49,452 nucleotides of DNA, from NCBI GenBank assembly GCA_964436745.1, contig CAYTEC010000002.1, positions 6,287 through 55,738 on the forward strand, given 5' to 3'. A program made the position numbers and the translations under genes. Each line of letters opens with the position of its first letter. The stretch's first letter is position 1. Below, piece by piece: positions 19,003 through 29,169 of this stretch. The DNA comes from an uncultured Dehalococcoidia bacterium. Its GTDB lineage: Bacteria > Chloroflexota > Dehalococcoidia > Lucifugimonadales > UBA1127. Below the pieces are notes generated by a model. That model searched no databases, was not told the DNA's origin, and worked only from the letters and a program-made list of their open reading frames with translations.

Positions 19003-19473
19003 GTGGCCACACACGAATTCGAGGCCACGCTGGAGAGACCCGGCGCCGCAGGAACCTGGACGTTCCTTCGGGTGCCCTTCGATGTGCGGGAGGCCTTTGG
19101 CTCGCGGGCCAGGATGGCGGTGAGGGGCAGCGTGAACGGAATCGCGATCAGAAGCTCGCTGATGCCGCAAGGCGACGGCGCTCACATCCTGGTAGTGAAC
19201 AAGTCGGTCCGAGCGCAGGCCGGGGCGGAGGCCGGCGACACGGTCTTGGTGGCGCTAGACCGCGATGTCGCGCCGAGGGCCGTGGACGTGCCGCCGGACC
19301 TGGGCAACGCTCTGCTCGAGGGCGGCGTCACGACGGCCTTCGAGGCCATGTCCTACTCCCACCAGAAGGAGTATGTCGACTGGAGCGAGTCGGCCAAACG
19401 GACCGATACTCGCGTCCGGCGCATCGAGCGCGCGGGGACGATGATTACCGATGGACGCCGCCTGAAGAGCTAA
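19003..19473 (+). CDS. DUF1905 + YdeI/OmpD-associated (OmdA) family protein
   Basis: WTFLRVPFDV..VRGSVNG..SSLMPQGDG and VPPDL..FEAMSYSHQKEYVDW.ESAKRTDTRVRR. GGAGG RBS. Confidence 0.88.
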   Translation: MATHEFEATLERPGAAGTWTFLRVPFDVREAFGSRARMAVRGSVNGIAIRSSLMPQGDGAHILVVNKSVRAQAGAEAGDTVLVALDRDVAPRAVDVPPDLGNALLEGGVTTAFEAMSYSHQKEYVDWSESAKRTDTRVRRIERAGTMITDGRRLKS

Positions 19474-19807
19474 CATGCCCCGCGCGGCCGCCACGCCTGG
19501 GGCGCACCAACCGGCGTCGATGCGCCCGGGGGGACGGCAGTGTCCCCAGTCTGCGCCCAAGTGCCAACCTACCTCGGCTTCCCCCCCTCGCTCTTCTTGA
19601 TGGCCGTGCCTCGGCGCACCCGTCGAAGCGGCATTGCGGGCGTCCCGGCGGGTGACGCATGGCTTCCGACGATGCGGCCCACCGTGTTTACGGATTCCGT
19701 CTCCTTCCGTTTCGTCACATCTTGACACGGCGAGCGGAGCGCCGCAGGATGGGGGCGACCCGAAAGAGGCCGCGCTGCACGGCCCCTGGAAGCGGAAGGG
19801 GACGGCA

Positions 19808-21034
19808 ATGGAGGCGGAGATGTCGGATGGCATACTGAAAGGGGTCCGTGTCATCGAGTGGGGCGACTTCGTGTCAGGGCCGTGGACCGCGCGGGTCTTG
19901 GCCGACATGGGCGCGGACGTGATCAAGGTGGAGCCTCCAAAGTCGGGTGACTCCTCCCGGGGCGTCGGCCCCTTCCCCAGCGACATCCCCCACCCAGAGA
20001 AGAGCGGCATGTACCTCTACCTCAACATGAACAAGCGGGGCGTCACGCTGGACCTGGGTCTGGAGGAGGGCCGGGCGGTCTTCCGGGACCTGGTGGCGGG
20101 AGCGGACGTGCTGGTGGAGAACCACCGCCCCGCGGAAGTGGAGGCCCTGGGACTAACCTACGAGGGCCTGCGAGACCTTCGGCCGGGACTCATCGTGGTG
20201 TCGGTCAGCCCTTTCGGCCAGACCGGCCCCTACCGCGACTACGTGGGAAGCGAGCTTGTGCTGTTCCAGGCGGGCGGCATCGGGTACGAGACGCCCATCG
20301 GCGAGGTGACGGACAAGGAGAGCCAGCCGCCCCTTAAGGGTCCAGGCTACCAGAGCTACTTCATGGCCGGCTGGCTCGCGGCCACCTCCACATTCGTCGG
20401 CCTGTACCACCGAGAGGTCACCGGACTGGGGCAGCACATCGACATCTCGGAGCACGAGGCCATCGCGAGCACTCAGCGGCCCAACGTGACCCGCTACTCG
20501 TACGCGGGCGAGGTGCCGCACCGAGAGCCCGCGGGAGCCCCCCGCTTCAAGCCGTGCAAGGACGGCTACTTCGCGGGGTTCGGCGTCCTAGGCAACGACA
20601 CGATGTGGCGCAAGGTGTGCAACCTCATGGGCGACCCAGAGTGGACAACCTGGGACATCTGCGCCGACCAAGCCTCCCGGCGCGACCATGCCGCCGAGCT
20701 TGAGCCCCGGATCATGGAGTGGATGATGGGGTACACCAAGGCGGAGCTCTTCGAGATGGGGCAGCGGGCCGGGATCTCGACCTTCCCCGTCAATACCGTG
20801 GCCGACGTCTACGTCGCGGAACAATTCCAGTCGCGGGGCTTCTTCGAGAAGATCGAGCACCCGGTGGCGGGCAGCTTCAGCTTCCCAGGCATCCCCTTCC
20901 AATTCTCGGACCACCAGCCGCGCATCCGTCGCCGGGCGCCTCTGCTGGGGGAGCACAACGCGGAGATCCTGGGCGCAGAGCTTGGGCGGGCGCCGAGCGA
21001 GCTGGAGCGGATGCGCCGGGACGGGGTGGTCTAG
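19808..21034 (+). CDS. Family III CoA-transferase (CaiB/BaiF), subunit 1
   Basis: LKGVRVIE, LADMGADVIKVEPP, NMNKRGVTLDL, ADVLVEN, PFGQTGPY, APLLGEHN. Start at 19808 or 19820. Confidence 0.93.
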   Translation: MEAEMSDGILKGVRVIEWGDFVSGPWTARVLADMGADVIKVEPPKSGDSSRGVGPFPSDIPHPEKSGMYLYLNMNKRGVTLDLGLEEGRAVFRDLVAGADVLVENHRPAEVEALGLTYEGLRDLRPGLIVVSVSPFGQTGPYRDYVGSELVLFQAGGIGYETPIGEVTDKESQPPLKGPGYQSYFMAGWLAATSTFVGLYHREVTGLGQHIDISEHEAIASTQRPNVTRYSYAGEVPHREPAGAPRFKPCKDGYFAGFGVLGNDTMWRKVCNLMGDPEWTTWDICADQASRRDHAAELEPRIMEWMMGYTKAELFEMGQRAGISTFPVNTVADVYVAEQFQSRGFFEKIEHPVAGSFSFPGIPFQFSDHQPRIRRRAPLLGEHNAEILGAELGRAPSELERMRRDGVV

Positions 21035-21097
21035 CGCTTGGGGGGAGTCGTGGACACGCATTGGCGCGGGAGCGTGGCGGCGCCGGCCGGAGCGCTC

Positions 21098-21260
21098 GCA
21101 GCGTGCGGGATGAGGGGAGTCCAGAGGGGCGGAGCCCCTTTGGCGGTCCTTCACCGCAACGGTGAAGGATGGGGGTGTCCCCCCAAGATACAATACCCAC
21201 CCCCTTCCTGGCCAAGAAGGGGGCAGGGGGATGGTCGAAACAGGTTCTTCACCACCCTGC
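21098..21260. repeat. Multi-hairpin intergenic repeat (MITE-like), copy 1
   Basis: Shares GTGCGGGA..GGAGCCCCTTT..GTCCTTC..GAAGG..GGGG..CCCA.GATA..TGGCCA.AA..GGGG..TGGTCGAAAC..CTGC with 40248-40389. Confidence 0.75.
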
Positions 21261-21287
21261 CAGTGCCGGGTGTAGAGGAGGAAACGG

Positions 21288-22511
21288 ATGAGCACGCTCC
21301 CGTTTGAAGGGCTGAGGGTGGCCGATTTCGGATGGGTCATCACGGCCCCGCTGGCGACCATGTGGCTCGCGACCCTGGGCGCGGAGGTAATCAAGGTCGA
21401 GAGCAAGACCCACCCCGACGTCATTCGCGCCGGCCTCCACGGAGGGGTCCTGCCGGGACCGGATCCCACCTGGAACCGGTGCGGCGGCTTCAACTCCCTC
21501 AACTACTCCAAGTACAGCTGCTGCCTGGATCTGAACCAGCCGGAGGCCCGTGACCTGGCGCATGAGATCGTCAAGCGAAGCGACATCGTGATCGAGGCGT
21601 TCACAGCACCGGTGGCGGAGCGCTTCGGGCTCACCTTCCCCCAGCTCCAGGCCGTAAAGCCGGACGTCATCCTGGTGTCATGCTCGTCCCTCGGCAAGAC
21701 CGGCCCCCTGAAGCACGTAACGGGCTTCGGGCCGGCCAACCAGGCCTTCGCCAGCCTCCCCTCCATGACGGGCTACGAAGGCGGCGCGCCGATGAGCATG
21801 GGCGGCACCTGGCCGGACTACGTCTGCGGCATCATCATGGCCTACCTGATCATGTCCGGCCTCTACCACCGCAAGCGCACGGGCGAGGGCCTCTTCATCG
21901 ACTTCTCCATGGCCGAGGCGGTCATGGGCATGATCCCGGGCCAGCTCCTGGACTACCAGATGAACGGCCGAGTGGCGACGCCTCAGGGCAACCGCGACCA
22001 CTTGGCCGCCCCCCACGACGTCTACCGGTGCGACGGCGACGACAAGTGGGTCGCCATCGCCGTCCATGACGACGCCCAGTGGGCCGCGTTCTGCGATGCC
22101 GCCGGGCACCCGGAGTGGCGGGCCGACGAGCGGTTCGGGGACCTCCACCGACGCCAGGCACACCACGCCGAGCTGGACGCGCTGGTGACGGCGTGGACCC
22201 GCACGCTCACACCCCGGCAGGTGACTGAACGGCTCCAGGCCGTGGGGGTCCCCGCGGGTCCCTCCCAGGACGGCGAGGAGATCGCCAACGACCCGCAGCT
22301 CCGCCACCGAGGCCAGATCATCGAGCTGGACCACCCCGAGGTCGGTCCGCGGATACACATGGGGATGCAGGGGCTGTTCGGCGCAATCCCGGAGCGACGC
22401 TACTTCCCGACCGCCGTGTACGACGAGCACAACGATCTTGTCTTCCGGGACCTCCTGGGGCTCCCTCGGGAGGAAATCGACCGGCTCGTGGCGGAGGGGG
22501 TCATCAACTAG
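21288..22511 (+). CDS. Family III CoA-transferase (CaiB/BaiF), subunit 2
   Basis: PFEGLRVADF, LGAEVIKVES, WPDYVCG (catalytic Asp position), YRCDGDDKWVAIAV. GAGGAGG RBS. Confidence 0.93.
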   Translation: MSTLPFEGLRVADFGWVITAPLATMWLATLGAEVIKVESKTHPDVIRAGLHGGVLPGPDPTWNRCGGFNSLNYSKYSCCLDLNQPEARDLAHEIVKRSDIVIEAFTAPVAERFGLTFPQLQAVKPDVILVSCSSLGKTGPLKHVTGFGPANQAFASLPSMTGYEGGAPMSMGGTWPDYVCGIIMAYLIMSGLYHRKRTGEGLFIDFSMAEAVMGMIPGQLLDYQMNGRVATPQGNRDHLAAPHDVYRCDGDDKWVAIAVHDDAQWAAFCDAAGHPEWRADERFGDLHRRQAHHAELDALVTAWTRTLTPRQVTERLQAVGVPAGPSQDGEEIANDPQLRHRGQIIELDHPEVGPRIHMGMQGLFGAIPERRYFPTAVYDEHNDLVFRDLLGLPREEIDRLVAEGVIN

Positions 22512-22658
22512 CCCCCTTCGGGGGGTTCTTGAGGGGGGTAGCCCGCCCTCCTCTCGTGGCGCGCGGCGTCGCGCGCAGACGGCCACAAGCGGCGGTGGCG
22601 CCTGTTCTTCATGTCCCACCCGGCCGCCCGGACCAGTACTCCCGGGGGCGCCCCCCGC

Positions 22659-22760
22659 CCGTTCGTGGTGAGCTTGTCGAACCACGAGCACGAGCGCGCC
22701 CTTCGACGGGCTCAGGGCGAACGGTCTCTGTGCCGTTCGTGGTGAGCTTGTCGAACCACG
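22659..22760. repeat. Cluster of three REP-like palindromes (CCGTTCG-tagged) in alternating orientation
   Basis: CCGTTCGTGGTGAGCTTGTCGAACCACG starts at 22659 and at 22733. An inverted variant, GCCCTTCGACGGGCTCAGGGCGAACGG, lies at 22698-22724. Confidence 0.85.
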
Positions 22761-22919
22761 TAACCCGTGGCACAGGCACCCCGCTCCCAGGGTGGGTGCA
22801 GGGCGTGCCCTGCCTCTACCGCTCCACAACCACGTATGGTACGCTACCAAACGCCGTCGCCCGAAGCAGACGGACCCCCGTGGAGCGCCCGGAGCCGCAT
22901 CAGGAGAAGGAGGAACCCC

Positions 22920-24278
22920 GTGGCCGACGAAACCAAGATCATGCTTAGCGAGCGGGAGATGCCAACCCGCTGGTACAACATCGCACCGGACCTGCCGAAC
23001 CCTCCCTCTCCCGTGGTGCACCCCGGCACCAAAGCGCCCATCGGGCCCGACGACCTGGCGCCGCTGTTCCCGATGGCCCTCATCGGCCAGGAGGTCAGTC
23101 AGGACCGGTACATCGACATCCCGGACGAGGTGCTGGACGTCTACAAGCTCTGGCGCCCCACTCCGTTGTTTCGCGCCCACCGGCTGGAGCGCGCGCTGGG
23201 AACCCCAGCCAAGATCTACTACAAGTACGAAGGCGGAAGCCCCGCCGGAAGTCACAAGCCCAACACCGCCGTGCCCCAGGCCTACTACAACAAGCAGGAG
23301 GGAGTGCGGCGAATCGCCACGGAAACGGGCGCGGGCCAGTGGGGCAGCGCCCTGGCGCTCGCCTGCCAATGGTTCGGCATTGAGCTCAAGGTCTACATGG
23401 TGAAGGTGAGCTACCACCAGAAGCCGTACCGACGCTCGCTGATGGAAACCTGGGGCGCCCAAGTGGTCGCAAGCCCCAGCCAGGACACCAACGCCGGTCG
23501 CGGCGTCCTGGCCGCCGACCCAGACAGCCCCGGCTCCCTGGGCATCGCCATCAGCGAGGCCGTGGAGGACGCCGCCACCCACGACGACACCAAGTACTCC
23601 CTGGGCAGCGTGCTAAACCACGTCCTCATGCACCAGACCATCATCGGGGAGGAGGCCCTGCTCCAGATGGAGAAGGCGGGGGACTACCCGGACATCGTCA
23701 TCGGGTGCATCGGCGGTGGAAGCAACTACGCCGGCATCGCCTTTCCCTTCGTTCGGGAGAAGCTGGTGAACGGCAAGAAGACCACCTTCATCGCCGTCGA
23801 GCCGCAAGCGGCCCCCAGCGTCACCCAGGGCAAGTACGCCTACGATTTCGGCGACACCGCGGAGATGACGCCCCTGATGAAGATGTACACCCTGGGCCAC
23901 ACCTTCGTGCCCCCGGCGATACACGCGGGGGGGCTGCGCTACCACGGAATGTCGCAGCTCATAAGCCAGCTGTGCAACGAGGGCGTGATGGAAGCGCGCG
24001 CCGTCCACCAGGTGCCCGTGTTCGAGGCGGCCGTGCAGTTCGCCCGCACGGAGGGGATCGTCCCCGCCCCGGAGTCCGCCCACGCCATCAGGACCGCAAT
24101 TGACGAAGCCCTCAAGTGCAAGGAGAGCGGCGAGGCGAAGACGATCCTGTTCAACCTCTCCGGCCACGGGCACTTTGACATGGGCGCCTACGACTCGTAC
24201 TTCGCCGGCAAGCTGGAGGACTACGCCTACCCGAAGGAGGCCGTCGAGGCCGCGCTCCAGAACCTCCCCACGGTGTAG
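22920..24278 (+). CDS. trpB2: TrpB-like PLP-dependent enzyme (tryptophan synthase beta chain type 2)
   Basis: [72 protein letters not shown]. Confidence 0.95.
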   Translation: MADETKIMLSEREMPTRWYNIAPDLPNPPSPVVHPGTKAPIGPDDLAPLFPMALIGQEVSQDRYIDIPDEVLDVYKLWRPTPLFRAHRLERALGTPAKIYYKYEGGSPAGSHKPNTAVPQAYYNKQEGVRRIATETGAGQWGSALALACQWFGIELKVYMVKVSYHQKPYRRSLMETWGAQVVASPSQDTNAGRGVLAADPDSPGSLGIAISEAVEDAATHDDTKYSLGSVLNHVLMHQTIIGEEALLQMEKAGDYPDIVIGCIGGGSNYAGIAFPFVREKLVNGKKTTFIAVEPQAAPSVTQGKYAYDFGDTAEMTPLMKMYTLGHTFVPPAIHAGGLRYHGMSQLISQLCNEGVMEARAVHQVPVFEAAVQFARTEGIVPAPESAHAIRTAIDEALKCKESGEAKTILFNLSGHGHFDMGAYDSYFAGKLEDYAYPKEAVEAALQNLPTV

Positions 24279-24422
24279 CGAGGATCGCCGCACGCCTCGG
24301 CTCCTTGGGCAGCCCCAAGCGGGGACCGCCTGGGCGAGGGTGCGGCGATCGGCTGGGACGCGCGAGGGTCGCCCGCGCCCAACGAGACGGGTCCCCGGGG
24401 GCGGGGACCCGCTGGAGGCCGG

Positions 24423-24575
24423 CTACTGGTCGCGATAGGCGCGAAGGCGCTCGGGCGTCATGGCCAAGTCCCCGGAGCGGTAGTGCATGACAGCCAGCTG
24501 TATGGCTGCCCGGCGCGTTTCCGCCCCCTCTTCGTCGAAGCTGTCGCCGTTATCGAGGACCTTCACGTATCTCAC
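24423..24575 (-). CDS. Small hypothetical protein (50 aa)
   Basis: GTG after GGTGAGG. The peptide RYVKVLDNGDSFDEEGAETRRAAIQLAVMHYRSGDLAMTPERLRAYRDQ has protein-like composition and GC3 bias. Confidence 0.45.
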   Translation of the reverse strand: MRYVKVLDNGDSFDEEGAETRRAAIQLAVMHYRSGDLAMTPERLRAYRDQ

Positions 24576-24676
24576 CGCCTCACCCCCGGGGGAAGATGCT
24601 TCCACCATACCCCGTGGGTGTCGATGTGCCGTGACGACGCGCGCTCCCGTCGTGACAACCGCGTGAGAAACTGTCC

Positions 24677-26257
24677 CTAGCGGATGCCCGCCAGCTCCTG
24701 AAGGGTCCGCCAGTTGTCCAAGCGCTCCTGGCTCGCCTCGTGCATCACCTCCGACGGCGTCCCCTCTCGGTCGAAATGCTTGGCGAACCGGCCTTCGCTG
24801 CGGGCGAAATCGATGAAGGTCAACGATTCGCCCGTCTTGGGGACGGTGTGCCAGTCCTGGTTCCGGCTGGGGTTCCCCACCAGGTCCAGCCGCTCGCGGA
24901 TCGTGTCGCCCTTGCGTGGGTCGTAGATGAAGATCGGGAACGCCCGAGTGTCGCAGGCCAGTTTCGCCTGGCGGGCCGCCATGTCGTCGCCGATGCCGTG
25001 CTCCGGCTGGCAAGCGGCGTATGCGATGACCACGCTCGGGCCGGGGAAGTCGTTGGCGGCCATCACGGCCTTGTAGAAGTGGTTGGGGTTGGACGCGATG
25101 ACCTGCGCTACGAACACATCCTGATGCATGAGGGCGATGAGCCCCAGCTCCTTGCGCTTCTCACGCTTGCCCGAGGCCGCTCTCCCGACCACGGACATCT
25201 TGGCCTCCTGCCCGACGAAGGAGGCCATGGAGGTCTGGCCTCCGGTGTTGGAGTAGACCTGGGTGTCCAGCACCAGGACGTTGATGTTCATGCCGGACAT
25301 GAGCATACGGGAGAGCGACTGGAATCCGATGTCGAACATGGCCCCGTCGCCGCCAATGGTCCAGAGCTTCTTGTCCTCCATCCCCTGCTGGTCCCACCGG
25401 AGCCGGACGCCCATGGCGACGGCTGGGGCGTTCTCGAACAGGGGGTTGGTCCACGGCACCAGGAAGGGATTGTAGGGGTATGTGGAGCCGTAGACCGTGT
25501 TGCAACCGGTGGCGCACACCAACCCCACCCCATCGGCGCCATACACGAACCCCGTGGCCGCCAGGAGCATCCGCAGGGCGGTGGCCTCGCCGCAACCCAT
25601 GCAGGAGCCAGCCCCGCCCACGTACAGGATGGACTGAGACTCCAGCATCATGTCGGAGAGCGCCTTCTGGTTGATGTACGCCTTGGGCGTGGCGGGTAGC
25701 GACGTGTAGAAGTCAAAGTCCAGTTGGGAGTCGGCGAGGATCTGAGGGTTCTTGGGAATCATCTCCAGTGCCGCGTGGGAGCCGCACACCTCAACGCACT
25801 CGGCGCACCCCTTGCACTTGGTCGGGTCCACGAAGAGGCCGAAGAATCCCCCCTCCTCACCCGTCCTCGCCACACGGTCGTAATACTTGGTTGTCTTCAT
25901 GAAGCTGCCCCGCAGGCGCGCCCGGCGCTCCGGGTCCTCCTCCTGTGCAAGCTGCTCCTCAAGGACCGACTCCGGCACCACCTTGGCGACAATGGCGGTG
26001 TCTGGGCACTGGGTCACGCAGTCCATGCAGCCAACGCACATGTCCGGGATCAGCCTGGGGATATCCGGCGCCAGGTAGCTGAAGTCCCGCAGGGCGGCCG
26101 TCCCCGGAGGGATAAGGCTCCGCGCGATCTCCCGGTCGGCCGGAAGCTCCCTGTCGGCGATGCCGCGGTTGTACGCCGCGACGATTCGCTCCCGAAACGC
26201 CTGGGCGTCGACGAGGGGCGCCCGCTCGGCGCCCTGCTTCTTATCGGTGGTGGCCAT
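24677..26257 (-). CDS. 2-oxoacid (pyruvate):ferredoxin oxidoreductase, fused ferredoxin (delta) + TPP-binding (beta) subunit
   Basis: CVGCMDCVTQCP and CKGCAECVEVC clusters, GAGSCMGCGE, ATGC, LFENA, GGDGAMFDIG..YSNTGGQ, ACQPEHG. Confidence 0.92.
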   Translation of the reverse strand: MATTDKKQGAERAPLVDAQAFRERIVAAYNRGIADRELPADREIARSLIPPGTAALRDFSYLAPDIPRLIPDMCVGCMDCVTQCPDTAIVAKVVPESVLEEQLAQEEDPERRARLRGSFMKTTKYYDRVARTGEEGGFFGLFVDPTKCKGCAECVEVCGSHAALEMIPKNPQILADSQLDFDFYTSLPATPKAYINQKALSDMMLESQSILYVGGAGSCMGCGEATALRMLLAATGFVYGADGVGLVCATGCNTVYGSTYPYNPFLVPWTNPLFENAPAVAMGVRLRWDQQGMEDKKLWTIGGDGAMFDIGFQSLSRMLMSGMNINVLVLDTQVYSNTGGQTSMASFVGQEAKMSVVGRAASGKREKRKELGLIALMHQDVFVAQVIASNPNHFYKAVMAANDFPGPSVVIAYAACQPEHGIGDDMAARQAKLACDTRAFPIFIYDPRKGDTIRERLDLVGNPSRNQDWHTVPKTGESLTFIDFARSEGRFAKHFDREGTPSEVMHEASQERLDNWRTLQELAGIR

Positions 26258-26323
26258 GCTCGCTCCTCCTCCAGCCTTGCCCGCGAAGGCCACGCGCCCC
26301 CTGCGGGTTGGTATCGTACTATC

Positions 26324-28336
26324 CTAGCCGCGGTTTCCACTGAGGCCGGGGTCCGCCTCGATGATCTCCTTGGGCACCTCGATTACCTCGTTGAACCCGC
26401 GCTTCACGATGCGCAAGTTGTCCTGCACCACCTGCTCGCCGCGCCTAGGGCCGAAGAAATGCCGGAGGGCCTCCGTGACGCCGTCCCAAAGCTGCTCCTC
26501 GGTGATGCCCCGGCTCTGCTGGTACGGGGTGCTCTTCAGGAAGACCCCCAGCAGGACGATGCCCTGCATCCGCTGGACAAGGTCCGGCGTGGGCGCCTCC
26601 TCACGCGCGATCCTGGTGTTGTCCAGGCCCAGCACGCGGATTCCCTTTTCCTTGACGATCCCCTTGGCATACAGAGGAAGCTCGTCCCAGAGCCCCTCGG
26701 GGGTCTCTCGGTCCGTCTGGACGAAGAGGACGCCGCCTTCGCCCAGGCCGGCGAGGGGGTTGGAGAGGTGGAAGGCACTCGCGTTGGCCAAGGGCACGAA
26801 GTCCACCTGGTGGAGCTCCTGGTGGCTGCGCACCTTGCCAGTGCCGACGGTGAGATAGGTGTTGGTGGGAAGTCCCTTCTTCTCTGAGCCGTACTTGGGG
26901 AATGCCTGCACATCGAAGCCAAAGACATCCCCGACGATGACGGCGATGACCTTGAGAGTCGTGACCGCCCCGTAGCCCCCGACCGAGTGGCCGCGCATGG
27001 CGAAGGCGTTGGGCGGGTTGATGTCCGGGTCCACGTCTGCGTCCAGGGCCAGAGGGTGCTTGACACCGAGAACGAAGAACTCCCGCACGTCCTCCGGGGC
27101 TGCCACCATGTTCTTCGCGACGGCCAGGAGGTCACCCGCCCGGATGTCGCGGCTGCCAAGGCCCGCTGCGCCGGAGAGGATGCGTGGGATCCGGTCCACC
27201 TTCGGGTACCCGGACGCCCCCACCATGGCGTCGGCGAACGCGGCCTTGATCTCGGAAGTCAGGGGGTTGGACTGGCCCAGGGGGATGTCCAAGCGCTCGA
27301 TCACGGAGAAGGCGGCGACGCCTGCCAGGGCCTCGACGATCCGCGCCCCGGGGAAGGGTCGGAACGAGGTAATGTTGAGCACGCCGAGCTTGATGCCCAG
27401 GTGCTCTCTCACGTAGTCCGCCGTGGCCATCGCGGTCTCGGTGAGCGTGCCCATGCCAACGATGGCGTACTCGGCGTCCTCGAGTCGGTACGGCTCTACG
27501 AGATCGTACCAGCGGCCGGTGAGCTGATGGTACTCGTCCATCGCAGCTTCGAGATGCTCGGGCACGCGGTCGTAGTAGTAGCGCTGGGCGATCTTGCCCT
27601 TCATGTAGCTGTCCTGGTTCTGCACCGGACCGCTCATCACGGGGTTGTAGGGGTCCATGAGGGACAAGAGCTTGTCGCTGGGGTGGCCCAGGTACTCCCG
27701 CATCATGTCTTCTTCTGGCTTGAGGACCCGCTCCACCGTGTGGGTCGACAGGAACCCGTCCTGGATATTCATGAACGGCGTATGGGAGTCCTCCGCGGCC
27801 CGCCGGGCGATCAGGCACAGGTCCGCGGCCTCCTGGGCATTCCTGGCGAACAGCATGCCCCAGCCGACGTCGGTGCAGCCCATGACGTCGTCGTGCCCGG
27901 CGTGGACATTGAGGGCTTGGGAGGTAAGCGCTCGAGCGCCGATGTTGAACACGAGTCCGAGCCGCTTCCCGGCGATGGTGTACAGGACCTCCTTCATCAG
28001 GATCAGGCCCTGTCCGGACGTGAAGTTCGTGACGCGTCCGCCCGCCAGCGCGAAGCCCTCGCACACGGAGGCCGAGCTGTGCTCGGACTCGGTCTCAAGG
28101 AACGCTACCGGCTCGCCCCACAGGTTGCGCTGGCCGTTGGCGACGAGCCGCTGGTACTCGACCCCCATATTGGTGGAGGAAGTGATTGGGTAGGAGCCCG
28201 CGGCCTGTGTGACCGCTGATTCCACCCAGACCACCATGTTGGTCCCGTCATCCGTGGCAGGTATGCCAGGATAGGGAGGCTCCGTCACAGGCCCTGGGCG
28301 CGTCGCCCTTCCAGACCGCTTCTCTTCTACCTGCAT
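26324..28336 (-). CDS. 2-oxoacid (pyruvate):ferredoxin oxidoreductase, fused alpha + gamma subunit
   Basis: YPITSST, ESEHS, NFTSGQGLILM, GHDDVM, QDGFLSTH, FRPFP, HSVGGYG, KYGSEKKG. AAGGAGGAG RBS. Confidence 0.92.
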   Translation of the reverse strand: MQVEEKRSGRATRPGPVTEPPYPGIPATDDGTNMVVWVESAVTQAAGSYPITSSTNMGVEYQRLVANGQRNLWGEPVAFLETESEHSSASVCEGFALAGGRVTNFTSGQGLILMKEVLYTIAGKRLGLVFNIGARALTSQALNVHAGHDDVMGCTDVGWGMLFARNAQEAADLCLIARRAAEDSHTPFMNIQDGFLSTHTVERVLKPEEDMMREYLGHPSDKLLSLMDPYNPVMSGPVQNQDSYMKGKIAQRYYYDRVPEHLEAAMDEYHQLTGRWYDLVEPYRLEDAEYAIVGMGTLTETAMATADYVREHLGIKLGVLNITSFRPFPGARIVEALAGVAAFSVIERLDIPLGQSNPLTSEIKAAFADAMVGASGYPKVDRIPRILSGAAGLGSRDIRAGDLLAVAKNMVAAPEDVREFFVLGVKHPLALDADVDPDINPPNAFAMRGHSVGGYGAVTTLKVIAVIVGDVFGFDVQAFPKYGSEKKGLPTNTYLTVGTGKVRSHQELHQVDFVPLANASAFHLSNPLAGLGEGGVLFVQTDRETPEGLWDELPLYAKGIVKEKGIRVLGLDNTRIAREEAPTPDLVQRMQGIVLLGVFLKSTPYQQSRGITEEQLWDGVTEALRHFFGPRRGEQVVQDNLRIVKRGFNEVIEVPKEIIEADPGLSGNRG

Positions 28337-28486
28337 GGCCGCTCCTCCTTCCGGGACCGCCCCCTACGGGTACGCCCCCGAACTCAATCTTGACGGCATT
28401 CGCCGACGCTTGCCCGCGAGGCCCTCCATCAGCGCCGTCCGACCCGCAGCCGTCTCACGGTCGGATATTCCAGCGTCCGGGGCCGC

Positions 28487-29038
28487 TCACTTCATCCTGG
28501 GCCCACCGTGCGTGTCCAGGTAGGCCTCGACAGTGTCAGCAATGAAGGCCGAGCACCGCTCAGCCCCTCCAGTGGCATAGTATAACCGCAAGGGTCCAGC
28601 CCCCACCGCAGGCCATTCCGCGCCGGAGATGTGTGCGCAGTCAAGCCCGCCGTACCGCTCCCTCGCGACGCCTGCCAGACGCTCGCCCAAGGCTGACCGC
28701 CTCGCGGTCATGGCCGCCTCGGCGGAAAGCGGCGTGAAGGCATCCAGCCACGGGTTGAGAGGGCGTGGACTCTCCGTTCCCTCCACACGATAATCGGCGC
28801 CGCCGCCGCCGTCTATAGTGCTGGCAAGCACTGCGGCAACATAGGCGCCGCAGGCGTGGCCGGTGCCTCCGATTCCCCCTTCTAGGGCCGGGGCCACTTC
28901 CGCCACCGAGGGAGGCACCGGAACACCCTCGTCGCGGAGCACCTGGACGAAGCAACTCGCGCACCGGGTCCCGCTTGCGAGCACCCGGTCCACGCTCTCT
29001 CGAACACTCACTGGACGCGTCTCGGGGGTCCTGTCCAT
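28487..29038 (-). CDS. C-GCAxxG-C-C family putative redox-active protein
   Basis: RCASC..LEGGIGGTGHACGAY..GGLDCAHI..RCSAFI spacing. GGAGG RBS. Confidence 0.75.
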   Translation of the reverse strand: MDRTPETRPVSVRESVDRVLASGTRCASCFVQVLRDEGVPVPPSVAEVAPALEGGIGGTGHACGAYVAAVLASTIDGGGGADYRVEGTESPRPLNPWLDAFTPLSAEAAMTARRSALGERLAGVARERYGGLDCAHISGAEWPAVGAGPLRLYYATGGAERCSAFIADTVEAYLDTHGGPRMK

Positions 29039-29132
29039 CGCCCGCCTCCCAGCGGATCGACCCTAAACTCTCTGGAACGCCCGTGAAAGGGCTGGCACTA
29101 ACCACAAAGAAAGCACCGGCTCCAGCCCAAGT

Positions 29133-29152
29133 ACCCGCGCTTCGGCGCGGGT
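29133..29152. terminator. GC hairpin after BldC-like gene
   Basis: ACCCGCGC-TTCG-GCGCGGGT perfect stem. Confidence 0.45.
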
Positions 29153-29169
29153 TCGCGGCCATTGCCGGC

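Noticed and set aside
22659-22760. Two identical 28-nt repeats with a spacer, resembling a mini CRISPR array
   Set aside because: The spacer contains an inverted variant of the repeat, a related copy occurs at 49301, and no cas genes are present. This fits REP-type repeats.
21678-23582. Long antisense ORFs (634 aa here; also 38465-40381, 10803-12428, 34443-35702)
   Set aside because: Shadow ORFs opposite well-supported genes, expected at high GC, with no motifs.
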